Of a stretch of 64,000 nucleotides of DNA, positions 1-10,916 are shown piece after piece (the first letter of the stretch is position 1; every line of letters begins with the position of its first letter). The notes under the pieces are model-generated. The model searched no databases. It was not told the origin of the DNA and saw only the letters and a list, made by a program, of their open reading frames with translations. The DNA is from Parachlamydiales bacterium. Its GTDB lineage: Bacteria; Chlamydiota; Chlamydiia; Chlamydiales; JAJFMK01. The translations under genes were made by a program, and so were the position numbers. The stretch spans positions 12,609-76,608 of the forward strand of contig CAVXVG010000024.1 of NCBI GenBank assembly GCA_963765145.1, read 5' to 3'.

Positions 1-75
1 CCAATGGTCAGAGTAAAGTGTTCCAAATAGGCCTGTTGTAATAACTAAAAGCAAATTGAAGAATTTCAATGACAT
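1..75 (-). CDS. 5' end of a probable exported protein (runs off window)
   Basis: ATG at 75..73 gives MSLKFFNLLLVITTGLFGTLYSDHW, signal-peptide-like. Confidence 0.45.
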   Translation of the reverse strand, partial: MSLKFFNLLLVITTGLFGTLYSDHW

Positions 76-240
76 ATTTTTCCCAATATAAAGAACAATT
101 CTAAAGCTGTTTATCCTAAATCCCAACAAAATTTTTCCACGCGATAGCTTGAGCTCTTAAAACGCTTCGCAGAAGAATGGACAGTTTGAAATAGTTAAAA
201 CTGCTATAATTTGTATAAATTTTTAAATAGAAGGGTTTCG

Positions 241-1118
241 ATGTCGATTACGTTAAGGTTTTCTATTCCATCTGCTGAAGCAAGTTGGACAACAAAGAGC
301 GCCAACCTATTAGCACAAAAAGTTGAAGAGCAGTTGCCTCATGTGAAGGTAAATGTTGTGTGCGGGAAAACTATACAAGCAGGGTGAAGAGCTGGCAGCC
401 CTTCAAAAGAGAGATCTTGATCTAGCGACTCTTTCGTTTTCTGACTTAGGCGAACCATTTAATGCTTTATAAGAGCTTATTTGATCAAAGATTATGAGCA
501 TTTGCGCAGAGTTGTGGAGGATACAAGTTTTTGGCTAGAGTTTTGCAACCTTGTTTCAGAAAAATTGGGCATTACGATCCTTTCTGTAATCTACATCGAA
601 CCAGACATTTAGCCGAAATCGGTGAAAAACAGTTCCAAAGTGAAGATTTTGCATTAAGGATGCCGAAGGGAGAGGCTTGGGCTCAAGTGGCTAAATCTTT
701 GGGTACACATCCTATTCCTATTTCTCTACATGATTTGCCAAAAGCCATACAGGATGGTCAAATCGATGGGATTGATAGTCCGTTGCCAGCGATAAAAGCT
801 TATAACTTAGAAAAAATCAAAAGACTCGTATTAACTTCACACCTGGTCGATTGTATTTTGATGGTTAAGTCGAATAAAACAATCCTTCAACCTGAAGAAG
901 AAGCAGCCCTTTTTATAGCTTCAAAAGAAGCACAGCGTTTCAATGACATTCATCGGAGGGAGGAGGAAACAGGTCTTTTTCTTGAATATGCCCAAACTCA
1001 TAGCGTCGTGGAACCGGACTATAGTGAATTGGAAGGGAAAGCTGATACCTATTACAGAAAGCATCTTCAGCTTTCTCAGGAACAGCAAGGTTGGATTGAA
1101 ACGATCCAGCGACTTTAA
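241..1118 (+). pseudogene. dctP: TRAP transporter substrate-binding protein (DctP family), frameshifted
   Basis: N-part MSITLRFSIP...EELAALQKRDLDLA in shifting frames; C-part LRMPKGEAW..SLGTHPIPISLHDLPKAIQDGQIDGIDSP..LVLTSH is typical DctP; shifts may be sequencing errors. Confidence 0.7.
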
Positions 1119-1126
1119 AGGATAGG

Positions 1127-1660
1127 ATGAAAATAAAGACCGATTGGCTCATATTAAGAGAATGGGAAGACAGAGACATCCCTCCTTTTGTTGCGATCAA
1201 TCAAGATCCGTTGGTGATGCAACATTTGTTAAAGCCCTTAACTGAAGAGGCTAGGGCTTTAGTAGAAACGTTTAGGCGCCATTTTAAAACCCACGGTTTT
1301 GGGTTGTATGCTTGCGTCGTAAAAGAAACATCTCAATGCATCGGTTTTGTCGGTCTCAATGTTCCAGCTTTTGTCTCTCACTTCACCCCTTGCGTTGAGA
1401 TTGGATGGAGACTTGCCTCAACTGCTTGGGGGCATGGGTATGCTACTGAAGCTGCTACGTCGGTTTTGAAAGAAGCTTTTACGACATTTGGTCTTCAAGA
1501 GGTGGTCGCTATTACAGTTCCTCGAAACAAACGTTCGATCCGTGTGATGGAAAAAACTTGGGATGACGCGTGATCGAAGGCGATTTCGATCATCCCAAGG
1601 TTCCTCGCAGGCCATCCTCTCCTCCGCCATGTCCTTTACAGAATAAAATTTTTTCCCTGA
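1127..1660 (+). CDS. GNAT family N-acetyltransferase (RimJ/RimL type), 3' frameshift(s)
   Basis: CIGFVGL..VEIGWRLASTAWGHGYATEAA..NKRSIRVMEK; expected tail (LGMTRD..FDHPK..HPLLRHVLYRI) continues in other frames after an A run at ~1551. Confidence 0.85.
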
Positions 1661-1666
1661 AGCAAT

Positions 1667-1793
1667 CCCTTGCCCTTGCCCGTGCCCTTGCCCGAATTTT
1701 AAGTAAAAGCCATCTTAGACACTAATTTATAATGGTTTTTACTAAGAAACATTCGGGCAAGGGCAAGGGCAAGGGCAAGGGCATGGGCAAGGG
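1667..1793. repeat. Palindromic element family B: (TTGCCC)n..CGAA / TTCG..(GGGCAA)n arms around an AT-rich spacer
   Basis: Inverted hexamer arrays between convergent genes; related copies at 62786-62914 and 50366-50396. Confidence 0.85.
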
Positions 1794-1816
1794 TAGTTCA
1801 GGTGGAGAAATGCTTC

Positions 1817-3021
1817 TTACCTTTTCACAAATTGGATGAGGCGGCACTTGATGCTGAAAGGGGGGTTTTTGTCGCTGTCGGTGAATAGGTAGATTTCGGA
1901 GGCGTTAAGCAATTCGGCATCACTTGCATCAGATGTGACAGCTCCGGGAGGAATTTGCTCTTGAGTGAAGATTTCGCGGCTGCAGCGGATCAGAGGACGC
2001 CTTTCAAACGTTCCGAGATATTCAAAACGGGTGAAGTTGGTAGAGACCAAAAGATCGTACATCTTCGGAACATGGCTAGGAGTAAATAGGTGCCCTCGTA
2101 GTAGAGGACATTTTTTGCAAATTGAGAGACTCGCGAAAGTATGGCAGTTTTATTGACAAAGTAGGAGGTGTCTAAAATGGCGAGTAAAAAGACTGTGTCT
2201 GCCTGTGGAATAGACGATAAGAAGGCGCTATTTTCCATGTCTCCAACAAGAAATTGAGCATTGGGGATCTGTTTTTCCTCTACCATTATATTTGCATTTT
2301 CAATGCACCTACGAGACAGATCAATGCCGGTGATCGAGCGTGCGCCTAAGGTTTGGCAGGCAAATAAGACAAACCCTTCATTGCATCCAAAATCCAACAA
2401 CGATTTACCAACGATGTCTTTTTGGAGGAATCGGCTGGCCCGAACGTCTGCCTTATCCCGATCTTCTTCATAGGGCCGCTCTGTTGAGCCATAATTTGGG
2501 TTTTTCATCACCTGATTGGTGACCAGCTGTCTTTTAGCATCACAAACATAAAAATATTTGACGATGGTCTCTCCGATGGTTTCATCGTTATTTTCAAAGA
2601 ACGAAGCTAAACGATAAGCAACACTGACAGGAGTATGCGAGGGAACCTCTGCAACCAATTTGTGCGCCGCAGAAATTTTTCCACCCAGAAATAAAATACC
2701 AAAAAAGAAAAGCTTTGCATTGCGTTGCGAATCTGAAAAAGGAATAAACCCCCAAACAATTCCTTGCGCCCCTTTTTGTACAAAGTGCCTCGAAAAAAAG
2801 GTGCCATTTTTTTCAATGTCTATTGAATTGGCCAACGTTATTAATGTTTCTTCTATTTTTTCCTTAGCATTCGGTGGAATCGGCGGAAACTTTTCTTCTC
2901 TATCTAAAAATGCCTTCTGGATGCCATCTTTTGGCGAAATTTTCAACGGGAAGTGTGTGAATGAGGGGTAACGACTTTGCCGGACATTAAAGAAGGCAGG
3001 ATAGCCAATTCCTCTGAACAT
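1817..3021 (-). CDS. Class I SAM-dependent methyltransferase domain protein, frameshift near 2092
   Basis: LLDFGCNEG..ITGIDLS..FLVGDME motifs; C-terminus continues in ORF 1817..2062. Confidence 0.75.
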
Positions 3022-3648
3022 TTGACTTTAAGTGGAAAGAGAAACGGATTGTCCTGTACTTTTTCGAGGCAGGTAGTAAGGGTTGTTTTCATTTGATCCC
3101 ATCTTTTCATCATCATCCAACATTCGGCAATGTGAAAGGTGATAAATGGGTTTTCAGGCAACAAAACATGTGCAATGGAAAATGACAATAGGGCAGGCAA
3201 AGACCGTTTTTTGAGCCTGTTGGCAAAAGCCCAGCCATAGATAAAAATCTCCATTTTGGGGGCATAGCAATGTTAACAGGCGAAAGGCCAGTTGCCCCTT
3301 CATAAAATCGTTTGCTAGGTAAAAGCTTTGCCCTGCGTAAAATAGATACTGAAGAAATTTGTAAGGAATGATTTCGTTTTGTTCGTCTTTTAAAAGCTGA
3401 TCTAAAAGATCTCCATTCTCTAAAACCCATTGGTTTAATTCGATAGAGGCTTCAGGGTGCAGTTTCTTTAATTCTTCGCAGGTTAACTTGAATCCCCCAA
3501 CGAGCTCTTCGATCAGTTCGGACATTTCTTGATGAATGTGCGGTGCTTCGTTTTGCAAAAGCTGCTCATTTGCTTGTTTAATCGATGTAGCAAGGGTGTT
3601 CCAAACGGTATCGAGCCATTCGACTGTTTCTTGATGAGCAAGAGCCAC
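2943..3648 (-). CDS. SycD/LcrH-like TPR chaperone, frameshift at T run ~3207-3212
   Basis: YLFYAGQSFYLANDFMKGQLAFRLLTLLCPQNGDFYLWLGFCQQAQK joins ..ALLSFSIAHVLLPENPFITFHIAEC, the class II T3SS chaperone pattern. Confidence 0.65.
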
Positions 3649-3705
3649 TAGACGTTCCTTAAGGTTTCATGTTCAAGCCATTCATTTCAAAATAACAGTT
3701 TAACT

Positions 3706-4566
3706 TCAAGCTGAATTGTGGGCGCTGTCTCCCGCAGTGACATCGTAGGTTGCGCCAGATACCATGTCTGCTGCATTAGAGGCCAGAAAAGTGACGACGG
3801 AGGCAACCGCTTCAGGCTGGATCGAAGGGACACTCAGAGGAGTTCTCCCTTGCAGGATTTTTTTAGCCTCGCCCTCTTCTTGTGATAGATCGACCTTTTT
3901 GTGGGCCTCATCTAAAACTTGTTCATACCGCTCTTTATGCCGGGTCAGCGGGGTGTCGATCAGTCCAGGAACGACCGCATTGACAGTAATACCATAGGGG
4001 CCAAGTTCCAATGCAGCTGACTTCATTAAACCGATAATGCCCCATTTGGAGGCCGAATAAGCCGACCCCTCTCTCATCCCATGCCTACCTTGGGTTGAAG
4101 AGGTAACAATGATTCTCCCTCCCCCCCTTTTTACAAGATAGGGAGCAAAAACGCGGATCGCATTGGCTGTGCCTGTTAAATTGACATCGATTTGTGTATG
4201 CCAATCTTCATCTTCCATCTTTAAAAGAGATGCAAAGCCCTGTACGCCGGCATTTGCAAAGAGGATATCAATGCCTCCGAACATGCCTTCAATTTCAAGA
4301 GCCGCCTTTTGAAGCGCTTTAAAATCGCGTTGATCGAGGACAATCGGATGAAAACGAGTTCCGGCCTGTTGGACGAGCCTTCCGGTTTCTTCTAGCTCTT
4401 CTTTGTTTGATCCTTTCACTCCAAAACGGGGAGAGACAACCTTGCAAATGTCCATTCCGATGACATGAGCCCCTTCCTCTGCAAAAGCGATAGCTGTTGC
4501 TCGGCCAATGCCGCGCGCGGCACCTGTGATCACAGCTACTTTTCCTTCCAACCTTTTTTTCGACAT
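3706..4566 (-). CDS. SDR family NAD(P)-dependent oxidoreductase
   Basis: TGAARGIG, NAG and YSASK motifs. Confidence 0.92.
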   Translation of the reverse strand: MSKKRLEGKVAVITGAARGIGRATAIAFAEEGAHVIGMDICKVVSPRFGVKGSNKEELEETGRLVQQAGTRFHPIVLDQRDFKALQKAALEIEGMFGGIDILFANAGVQGFASLLKMEDEDWHTQIDVNLTGTANAIRVFAPYLVKRGGGRIIVTSSTQGRHGMREGSAYSASKWGIIGLMKSAALELGPYGITVNAVVPGLIDTPLTRHKERYEQVLDEAHKKVDLSQEEGEAKKILQGRTPLSVPSIQPEAVASVVTFLASNAADMVSGATYDVTAGDSAHNSA

Positions 4567-4612
4567 AAGCTTTCCTCGATTTTAAATTTTGCATATAGCA
4601 AATCTGTAAAAT

Positions 4613-4648
4613 AAAAAGGCGACCTCATTGAAAATGAGGCCGCCTTTT
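4613..4648 (-). terminator. Intrinsic terminator (possibly bidirectional)
   Basis: AAAAAGGCGACCTCATT-GAA-AATGAGGCCGCCTTTT hairpin downstream of the porin gene. Confidence 0.7.
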
Positions 4649-4673
4649 GTGAGAAAGCTAAGAAGCTAACTGA

Positions 4674-5720
4674 CTAGAAAGCTAGATTGACAGCTACGTA
4701 TGGTCCTTGAGCATTTAAATTGCTATAAAGATCCATAGTGTCGCCGGCGTATGCAACATCATAGCCTAAGATGTTGTCTATAACGTTGCTGTAATAGAGC
4801 ATCTCATATCCAAACTCGACAGTGCCTGCGAGGCAGAAGCAATCAAAGCTGCTGCTAAATCCAAGTCTTGCATCAAAAGCAGGTGTAACTCTCCAGTAGG
4901 TGTCATTTTTGATTGACAACCCAAGAGGGCCTGTTCTAGTGGTAACATCATTAAGGCAGGCTTTAGTGTTGCTGGCCAATAATGCAGCTCTTGCGTTGGC
5001 TACAAATGTTAAGCTTCCATCACCGTGTGAAAAGAAGTCGTGTCTATAATCCACACCAAATTGTGGCCCAATACCCCAGAAACGGGAAGTGTTACGCAAG
5101 TTGTTTGAAACAAATGCAGCTCCATCATCGGTTGAGTAGGAACCTGTGCTCAAGTGGTCTTCTTTAAATTTGACATAGGCAAAGTGAAGCCCAACCAAAA
5201 AGGTCATGTTTTCGCCGCAGCAACCAGGGTGTATACGGTTAAAAGTGAAATCTCCGCCGTAGTAATGGATGTTGAAGCTATCTTGGACAACGCCATCAAA
5301 TGGGGTGTCTTCGCCGCTTTGAGCGCCATCTCCAGGAAATCCTTTTGTTACCCATAATACAGGACCTGCAAAAGTGGTGGTGTGGCTAGATTGAAGCCAT
5401 GTAAATCTCAAGTCGAGATCTGTTGGGCATTCTGGCATTAAGTAGGCAGCTTCTACACGGAACCCAGATTTAAAAGGTGGGTTGTTGATGTGTCTATTAG
5501 CAAGAGGATAGTGCTCGCCATCGAAAAAATTGTCAGTTGCTGATAGAACGTAGTGAGGTTGATCCCATGTTGTTTGGAATATAAGGTATTCACCTCTTAC
5601 CAAAAAACGGGGTTGATCTTCACAGCAGCAGCTGTCGTATGCATCATCGTATACATATTCGTTCGCTACTAGGGCTGTTGAACCCAAAACGAGCGATAAT
5701 AAAAGAGAACGGTAGGACAA
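4674..5720 (-). CDS. Lpg1974-like pore-forming outer membrane protein
   Basis: Signal peptide, Cys-rich N-terminus, FKSGFRVEAAY, FWGIGPQFG, C-terminal GPYVAVNLAF; start placed at TTG 5720 after an RBS. Confidence 0.75.
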   Translation of the reverse strand: MSYRSLLLSLVLGSTALVANEYVYDDAYDSCCCEDQPRFLVRGEYLIFQTTWDQPHYVLSATDNFFDGEHYPLANRHINNPPFKSGFRVEAAYLMPECPTDLDLRFTWLQSSHTTTFAGPVLWVTKGFPGDGAQSGEDTPFDGVVQDSFNIHYYGGDFTFNRIHPGCCGENMTFLVGLHFAYVKFKEDHLSTGSYSTDDGAAFVSNNLRNTSRFWGIGPQFGVDYRHDFFSHGDGSLTFVANARAALLASNTKACLNDVTTRTGPLGLSIKNDTYWRVTPAFDARLGFSSSFDCFCLAGTVEFGYEMLYYSNVIDNILGYDVAYAGDTMDLYSNLNAQGPYVAVNLAF

Positions 5721-5833
5721 GGGTAAATTCCTTCTTTTTTTTAGGTTGAAAGGGTCCACATTACTCCGAAAGATAAAATGACGCAAGAGTTGACTGTAAA
5801 TATTTCCCAAAAAAGGTTATAATATTTGGTTCT

Positions 5834-6811
5834 ATGATGAGCTTATTACCTAAAAACTCAAAGGGTTGCCCGTTTTTGATCCTAGCGCCTATGGAAGGGG
5901 TGGGCGATCGGTGTTTTCGAAAAGCGATGGCTTCGATTGGAGGTTTTGATGAAGGGGTCCGAGATTTTCTCCGTGTCCCCACCAATGCCCATGTGAAAAG
6001 CCTAGCTGTCCAGTATGAATCGGACGAAATTGCTCCAATCCCTCTTGCGGCCCAGCTGATGGGGTCTGATCCCGATTTAATGGCCGATATGGCACGAGAA
6101 ATGGAAGCCAGAGGGGCAAAAAGGATCGATCTCAATTGTGGATGCCCTTCAAACACTGTGACAGGCAGAGGGGCAGGTTCAAGCCTCTTAAAAGATCCAA
6201 ACCACCTGCATGAAATTGCTAAAAAGATGGTGCAGGCTGTTTCTGTGCCTGTGACAGCCAAGCTCCGTTCCGGTTTTGAAGATACCTCTTTGTTTAAAGA
6301 GAATTTACTTGCGGCACAAGAAAGTGGCATTGCTTACCTTACCCTTCATCCTAGAACAAAAGTAGAAGGATATGGCCCACCTGCAAATTGGGACTTGATT
6401 GCAGAAGCAAAAAAGACATTAAAAATCCCCGTTGTAGGCAATGGAGATATTTTGACTGTTGAGCATGCCTTGAAGATGTTGAAACATACAGGTTGCGACG
6501 CCCTCATGATTGGCCGAGGCAGTGTGATCAATCCGTTCATCTTTCACCAGATCAAAGGTCATTTTGCAGGAGAACCGTATCACCTTCAGTGGGACAAGCT
6601 GGTCACCTATTTTACAGTATATCTTTCTGAAATAGGGGAAGAGATGGCCGAGCGGTCAAAAATCAATAAGATGAAACAGTTATTCGGTTTTTTCTTCAAA
6701 GGCAATGAAGCCTTATTAGCTAAAAGAGACCTTATTTTAAGGTCCTCTTTTAACTCGATCCAGGAGTGTGTTGAATTTACTCTTCCTCAATTACAAGAGG
6801 GATTTCTCTAA
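5834..6811 (+). CDS. dus: tRNA-dihydrouridine synthase
   Basis: LAPMEG, IDLNCGCP, GAGSSLL, LHPRT, VGNGDI, MIGRG motifs. Confidence 0.93.
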   Translation: MMSLLPKNSKGCPFLILAPMEGVGDRCFRKAMASIGGFDEGVRDFLRVPTNAHVKSLAVQYESDEIAPIPLAAQLMGSDPDLMADMAREMEARGAKRIDLNCGCPSNTVTGRGAGSSLLKDPNHLHEIAKKMVQAVSVPVTAKLRSGFEDTSLFKENLLAAQESGIAYLTLHPRTKVEGYGPPANWDLIAEAKKTLKIPVVGNGDILTVEHALKMLKHTGCDALMIGRGSVINPFIFHQIKGHFAGEPYHLQWDKLVTYFTVYLSEIGEEMAERSKINKMKQLFGFFFKGNEALLAKRDLILRSSFNSIQECVEFTLPQLQEGFL

Positions 6812-7895
6812 TTGCCTTTAACCAGCAGGAGCTAAATAAAAGTCCTCCTTGGTGCTCTCCATAGCCGATTCCTTTGATTCCATTCAGGATCGCCTTGATA
6901 TCCTCATGTTCTTGTTGAAACAGAGCGACGTCTTTCATCGCCTCTTCGAGCTTTTTTTCTTGATCAAGAGCATTCAACTTCTCTTCAGGAGTTGTTTCTT
7001 GGTTAGGAATAGGGCGAAGTCGGGTAATACCTGTTTGCGTCGATGCTTGAAAAAAGGAAGGGATAGGCTCCTCTTTAAGAGGTCCGAAGGCATAGAGATA
7101 AACAGCTCTGGCTGCTAAGAAAGAGAAAATATCTGGGTCATTTTCTTCCATCATATCTTTAGTGTCAGGTGTGAGTTGACCATCAGCAAGAAAGTGGGTC
7201 TTGATAAATTCGACCCCTTCATTCACCTCTTTATCAATATCTGCAGTCAGGTTTCTCAACCTTCCGATGAGCGTCGCCGGTTGAACATCAAAGGTTTCAC
7301 CGATTCCTTCAGGAAGGCCACTCATCAATAGAGCAATCTGGCCCCTGTGCTCCTCGCGAAAGTATTTTTGGTCGAGAGTCTTGCTGAGCGAATCAACAAC
7401 TTCGCCTGTAGGAATGCGTATTCCTGCAAATATAGAAGCGATCGCTATCAGACCACCAAAAGCCTTAAAAGATGTTTTCGCAATCGCTGCATAGGGGCTT
7501 GTATCAACAGCATGACGCGCGAATGACTCATTTGTGCATATGTTTACTAAGCGGAGATTAAACCCAAAGCAATTGCATACATTCCAGGAGACAGTGAAAT
7601 GGCTGCTTTCCAAAAGCTTTAGTAATAGATGGCAGGGTCTTTTGGTCCATGGCAAAGTGCAAGCTGCGGGTAACAGCAATACTCCGCAAGCTATTCCTTC
7701 AACTAAGGAAACGACGACTAGCAGTGCCGATCCAATTTCTGCAACGACAGCTCTGCCGATCAGAAGATGACGATCGTAAGGTTGTTCCTCTTGAAGCACC
7801 CAATTTTCCTCACTGCCGTGGGGGTTGCGAAACAACATAAGTTGAGTCGTTAACTGACTTGAAAAACAGGTTGTAGGGGTTGAAAGGCTGGCCAT
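6777..7895 (-). CDS. Hypothetical membrane-associated protein (possible effector/Inc-like)
   Basis: 372-aa ORF, S/T-rich N-terminus, long hydrophobic segment; overlaps the dus 3' end. Confidence 0.6.
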   Translation of the reverse strand: MASLSTPTTCFSSQLTTQLMLFRNPHGSEENWVLQEEQPYDRHLLIGRAVVAEIGSALLVVVSLVEGIACGVLLLPAACTLPWTKRPCHLLLKLLESSHFTVSWNVCNCFGFNLRLVNICTNESFARHAVDTSPYAAIAKTSFKAFGGLIAIASIFAGIRIPTGEVVDSLSKTLDQKYFREEHRGQIALLMSGLPEGIGETFDVQPATLIGRLRNLTADIDKEVNEGVEFIKTHFLADGQLTPDTKDMMEENDPDIFSFLAARAVYLYAFGPLKEEPIPSFFQASTQTGITRLRPIPNQETTPEEKLNALDQEKKLEEAMKDVALFQQEHEDIKAILNGIKGIGYGEHQGGLLFSSCWLKAIREIPLVIEEE

Positions 7896-7932
7896 AGAAG
7901 AATAATCTCGAAAAAAAAGACTATATTACTAT

Positions 7933-8041
7933 AGCTTCAAATTTTTATAAACAAAACTTTGATTGAACCGAATCGATTTTTCTGGTAAATTCGAATAATT
8001 ATTTAATTTTTTCTCTAGGAAATGTGATGAAAGGACAAGCT
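7933..8041 (+). repeat. 109-bp exact direct repeat of the brnQ upstream region and first codons (10826-10934)
   Basis: AGCTTCAAATTTTT...GAAAGGACAAGCT identical at both sites. Confidence 0.95.
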
Positions 8042-8043
8042 AC

Positions 8044-8118
8044 CTTTTAAGGTCCTCTTTTAACTAGATCCAGGAGTGTGTGGAGTTTGCCCTTCCTAAG
8101 CTGCAGGAAGGGTTGTAA
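8044..8118 (+). pseudogene. Diverged duplicate of the dus 3' end
   Basis: Translates LLRSSFN*IQECVEFALPKLQEGL* versus dus ILRSSFNSIQECVEFTLPQLQEGFL*. Confidence 0.9.
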
Positions 8119-10789
8119 CGTTGTTCCACATAGTCCTTATTTCCGCTTTGCACAAGGCCGCTCGTTCCCTTTCAGATCTATCTGAGAAATTTCTGAAAAT
8201 TTGGCTCATCATATTGCAATGGCTCCGAACAAAAAGTAAGCTGTCATAGGAAGTTATAAGGATGAAGTGAGAGGTTGACTGTACTCCTGTGAATATCAAG
8301 ATTTCAGTGAGCTTGAAAAGGCTGATCGACTTCATTGCAGCGGTGACATAAGGAATAGGAGGCAATAATAAGGTTACAATCTTTTGGGCAATAGCTGTAT
8401 AGACTAAAACTTTTATTCTATTGTTGAAGACATACTTATTAAGGTCTAACAAGCTATTCCCAGCCCGGATTATCTGAAGGGGGGTATTGTTAATGAGGAT
8501 GGGCATAGCATAGCCGGTAGCCTTTACAATCCTGCCATAAGATGTTGATGACAGTTTTGCTGCTCCATAGCAAGCTGCAACAGATACGACCAGCTTAAAA
8601 AGAGAGGAGCCCGTTATGTTAGCTATTGCATTTGAGAGCCTAATCAGGATGACTTTTTTCCAGGCCGGATAGGAAGACCTCTTTTGAAAGAGGCGTCGGT
8701 CTTCAAAAATTTGGAAGAGCTCTTTTGAGTTGGTGGCATAAGTGCATTCAAAAAAAGAAATTAAATATTGCTCTCTCTTTGTTAAAGTGGATGCGAATTG
8801 ATGTCTTGGGTTTTTCACATTTAGCTTATCTAAAGCCAGAGCTGCTTTTTGTTCTTGAACCTCTAAAGACGAATTTTCATTAATAATTGTGTGGAAAGGA
8901 GCAAGATCAATATCTTTAATAAACCCTCGGGCTTCAAACTGTGGTAATAATATACGGTGAGAAACAACCAGCCACTCTAGAAGAGGCAGTGGAATGCCGG
9001 TTTCATGCATCTGGTCAACATTGAATAAGCGGAAAAAATCGCTTTCTCTCAATTGGTCTTGATAGCCTTCTAATGCTACCTTAATGTCTAATTTCCCCTC
9101 TAAAATCCTTACGATGGTATCGCTTTCTAATGGAGCAATGGCTTGGATTTTTTTAACTTTTTCAAGCTCACTTAATTTGGCCGTTAAAGCAGCTGTATCA
9201 AGAGGTGCTTCATCTACAATGGCCGTTTTGAGTTGTTGTATTAAGGCGACGCCCAACTGGTTGGATAGCAATGGATATAGAGCGGCTTTTTCAGCACGGT
9301 TCCATTTTTTTTCACCCTGCCCATAAATCATCTCTTCGATTAGCTTGGTCCAATCATCCCGCTTGTCGTCTGTAGTTTTGGATAAGTTCTCTAGTGCATT
9401 AGGTAAGTGCGACTGTGCAAAGGCGACGAATGCTTGGATTCTACTGACCTGTTCTGAGGAATCGATTGTCATTGAAATAACTTCGGTAATCTTTTGAATG
9501 TGTGCTTGAGAGACAGGATAGGCCTCCTTGTTCCATTCTCTAGCATGGCTCTTGATCCAATCGATGATCTGTTCGCGGAAAATGGCCGATTTTTTGGCTT
9601 TTGCTTGGATCTGTGCAAGAATGAATTCGACCGTATATTTTTTAAAGAAGCGGTTTAGATAAATGTTAGTATCCAGAGGAGTGGAGAGATGTTCAACAAC
9701 GTTTTCAGTCCCAGGGATGGCTAATAACCGCCCTAAAGAGGCCATGTAGTTGGTATATTTGTGAGTGTCGGTTCCAAAAGATGCAGCTTCTGAATCGGCT
9801 ATTTTTTTTCTTCCATAGGCGAGGGTTTCAATCAAATTGTCTTCTAAGGTTTCTGATGAGCCGATTCCTTCTTCATAGAGGCGGTAATAGGTCCCCATGG
9901 CATCTCCCATGTAGCGAGCCCCACACCATCCTCCGGCTATGGCCAGGTCGATTACAACACGATCTCGGTCTTCTAAGAAGTTCAGGTACTGTTCTTTCTT
10001 CAGATCACTATAGTTATCTGTTTCAGCTCCATTGCTATCGATAAAATCTTGCAGAGCTTTCGTGACTCTGTATAAGGAGAGTCGGGTAGCAGCCTCTATT
10101 TGTCCGTAGAAGGCAAAAAGGGCTACCGTATCATATCCTTTAGGTGTCCCTAGAAAAGCGGTTCTCTTCTTAATGTCGTCGATATACTTTTCTAAATCTT
10201 TTTCCAATTTAGCTTGCCCACCATTTTTTGCAGGATCTCTATAACCAAGCTTTTCAGGCTGGGTAAAATTGATCTGTTTAAAGTGGGTGGCCAGTAAATC
10301 GACTTTAATGTCAGGGGGAACTTTTGAATCATCAAGAGCCAACTGTTTTGTTCTGATATGGCTCATATCCAATTGACCCGCCGAATAACGTTCTAAGTGG
10401 CCTGTTCCTTGGTGAGCGTTCGAATAAATTCGATACGTTGTTGCCAATGCACTGTATCCCATGCCCAATATCCAAAGGGCTATTTTGAAGACAGCTAAAT
10501 GGACATTTTCCGGAAGGTTGATGTCATAAGGGCCATAATAGCCAAGAACAACGTACCTAAAAGAGGCGCCTGAACTGGCAAGGGTAAAATAAACCGCTTT
10601 TGCAAAAGCAAGTGTTAGATCATGCAAAGATTGGGTGGCAAGAAGGGTGATTTGTTGAATTTGCTGATGTGTCGTAAGGACTTTGATCTCTTTTGTCCGA
10701 TCGAACTGTCTAAAATCAACCGAAAATTCAGGTGTAGTTGCTGTTGGTTGAATGAATTGAATTGTGATTGGATTTAGAGGAATTGCCAT
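8096..10789 (-). CDS. Large hypothetical protein with N- and C-terminal hydrophobic segments (possible effector)
   Basis: 897-aa uninterrupted ORF; no recognised catalytic motif. Confidence 0.7.
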   Translation of the reverse strand: MAIPLNPITIQFIQPTATTPEFSVDFRQFDRTKEIKVLTTHQQIQQITLLATQSLHDLTLAFAKAVYFTLASSGASFRYVVLGYYGPYDINLPENVHLAVFKIALWILGMGYSALATTYRIYSNAHQGTGHLERYSAGQLDMSHIRTKQLALDDSKVPPDIKVDLLATHFKQINFTQPEKLGYRDPAKNGGQAKLEKDLEKYIDDIKKRTAFLGTPKGYDTVALFAFYGQIEAATRLSLYRVTKALQDFIDSNGAETDNYSDLKKEQYLNFLEDRDRVVIDLAIAGGWCGARYMGDAMGTYYRLYEEGIGSSETLEDNLIETLAYGRKKIADSEAASFGTDTHKYTNYMASLGRLLAIPGTENVVEHLSTPLDTNIYLNRFFKKYTVEFILAQIQAKAKKSAIFREQIIDWIKSHAREWNKEAYPVSQAHIQKITEVISMTIDSSEQVSRIQAFVAFAQSHLPNALENLSKTTDDKRDDWTKLIEEMIYGQGEKKWNRAEKAALYPLLSNQLGVALIQQLKTAIVDEAPLDTAALTAKLSELEKVKKIQAIAPLESDTIVRILEGKLDIKVALEGYQDQLRESDFFRLFNVDQMHETGIPLPLLEWLVVSHRILLPQFEARGFIKDIDLAPFHTIINENSSLEVQEQKAALALDKLNVKNPRHQFASTLTKREQYLISFFECTYATNSKELFQIFEDRRLFQKRSSYPAWKKVILIRLSNAIANITGSSLFKLVVSVAACYGAAKLSSTSYGRIVKATGYAMPILINNTPLQIIRAGNSLLDLNKYVFNNRIKVLVYTAIAQKIVTLLLPPIPYVTAAMKSISLFKLTEILIFTGVQSTSHFILITSYDSLLFVRSHCNMMSQIFRNFSDRSERERAALCKAEIRTMWNNVTTLPAA

Positions 10790-10916
10790 AGATTAATAAC
10801 CTATTAAAAAACAAAATATTACCACAGCTTCAAATTTTTATAAACAAAACTTTGATTGAACCGAATCGATTTTTCTGGTAAATTCGAATAATTATTTAAT
10901 TTTTTCTCTAGGAAAT

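Noticed and set aside
139..172. Degenerate family A remnant (AAACGCTTCGC)
   Set aside because: Match too short to support.
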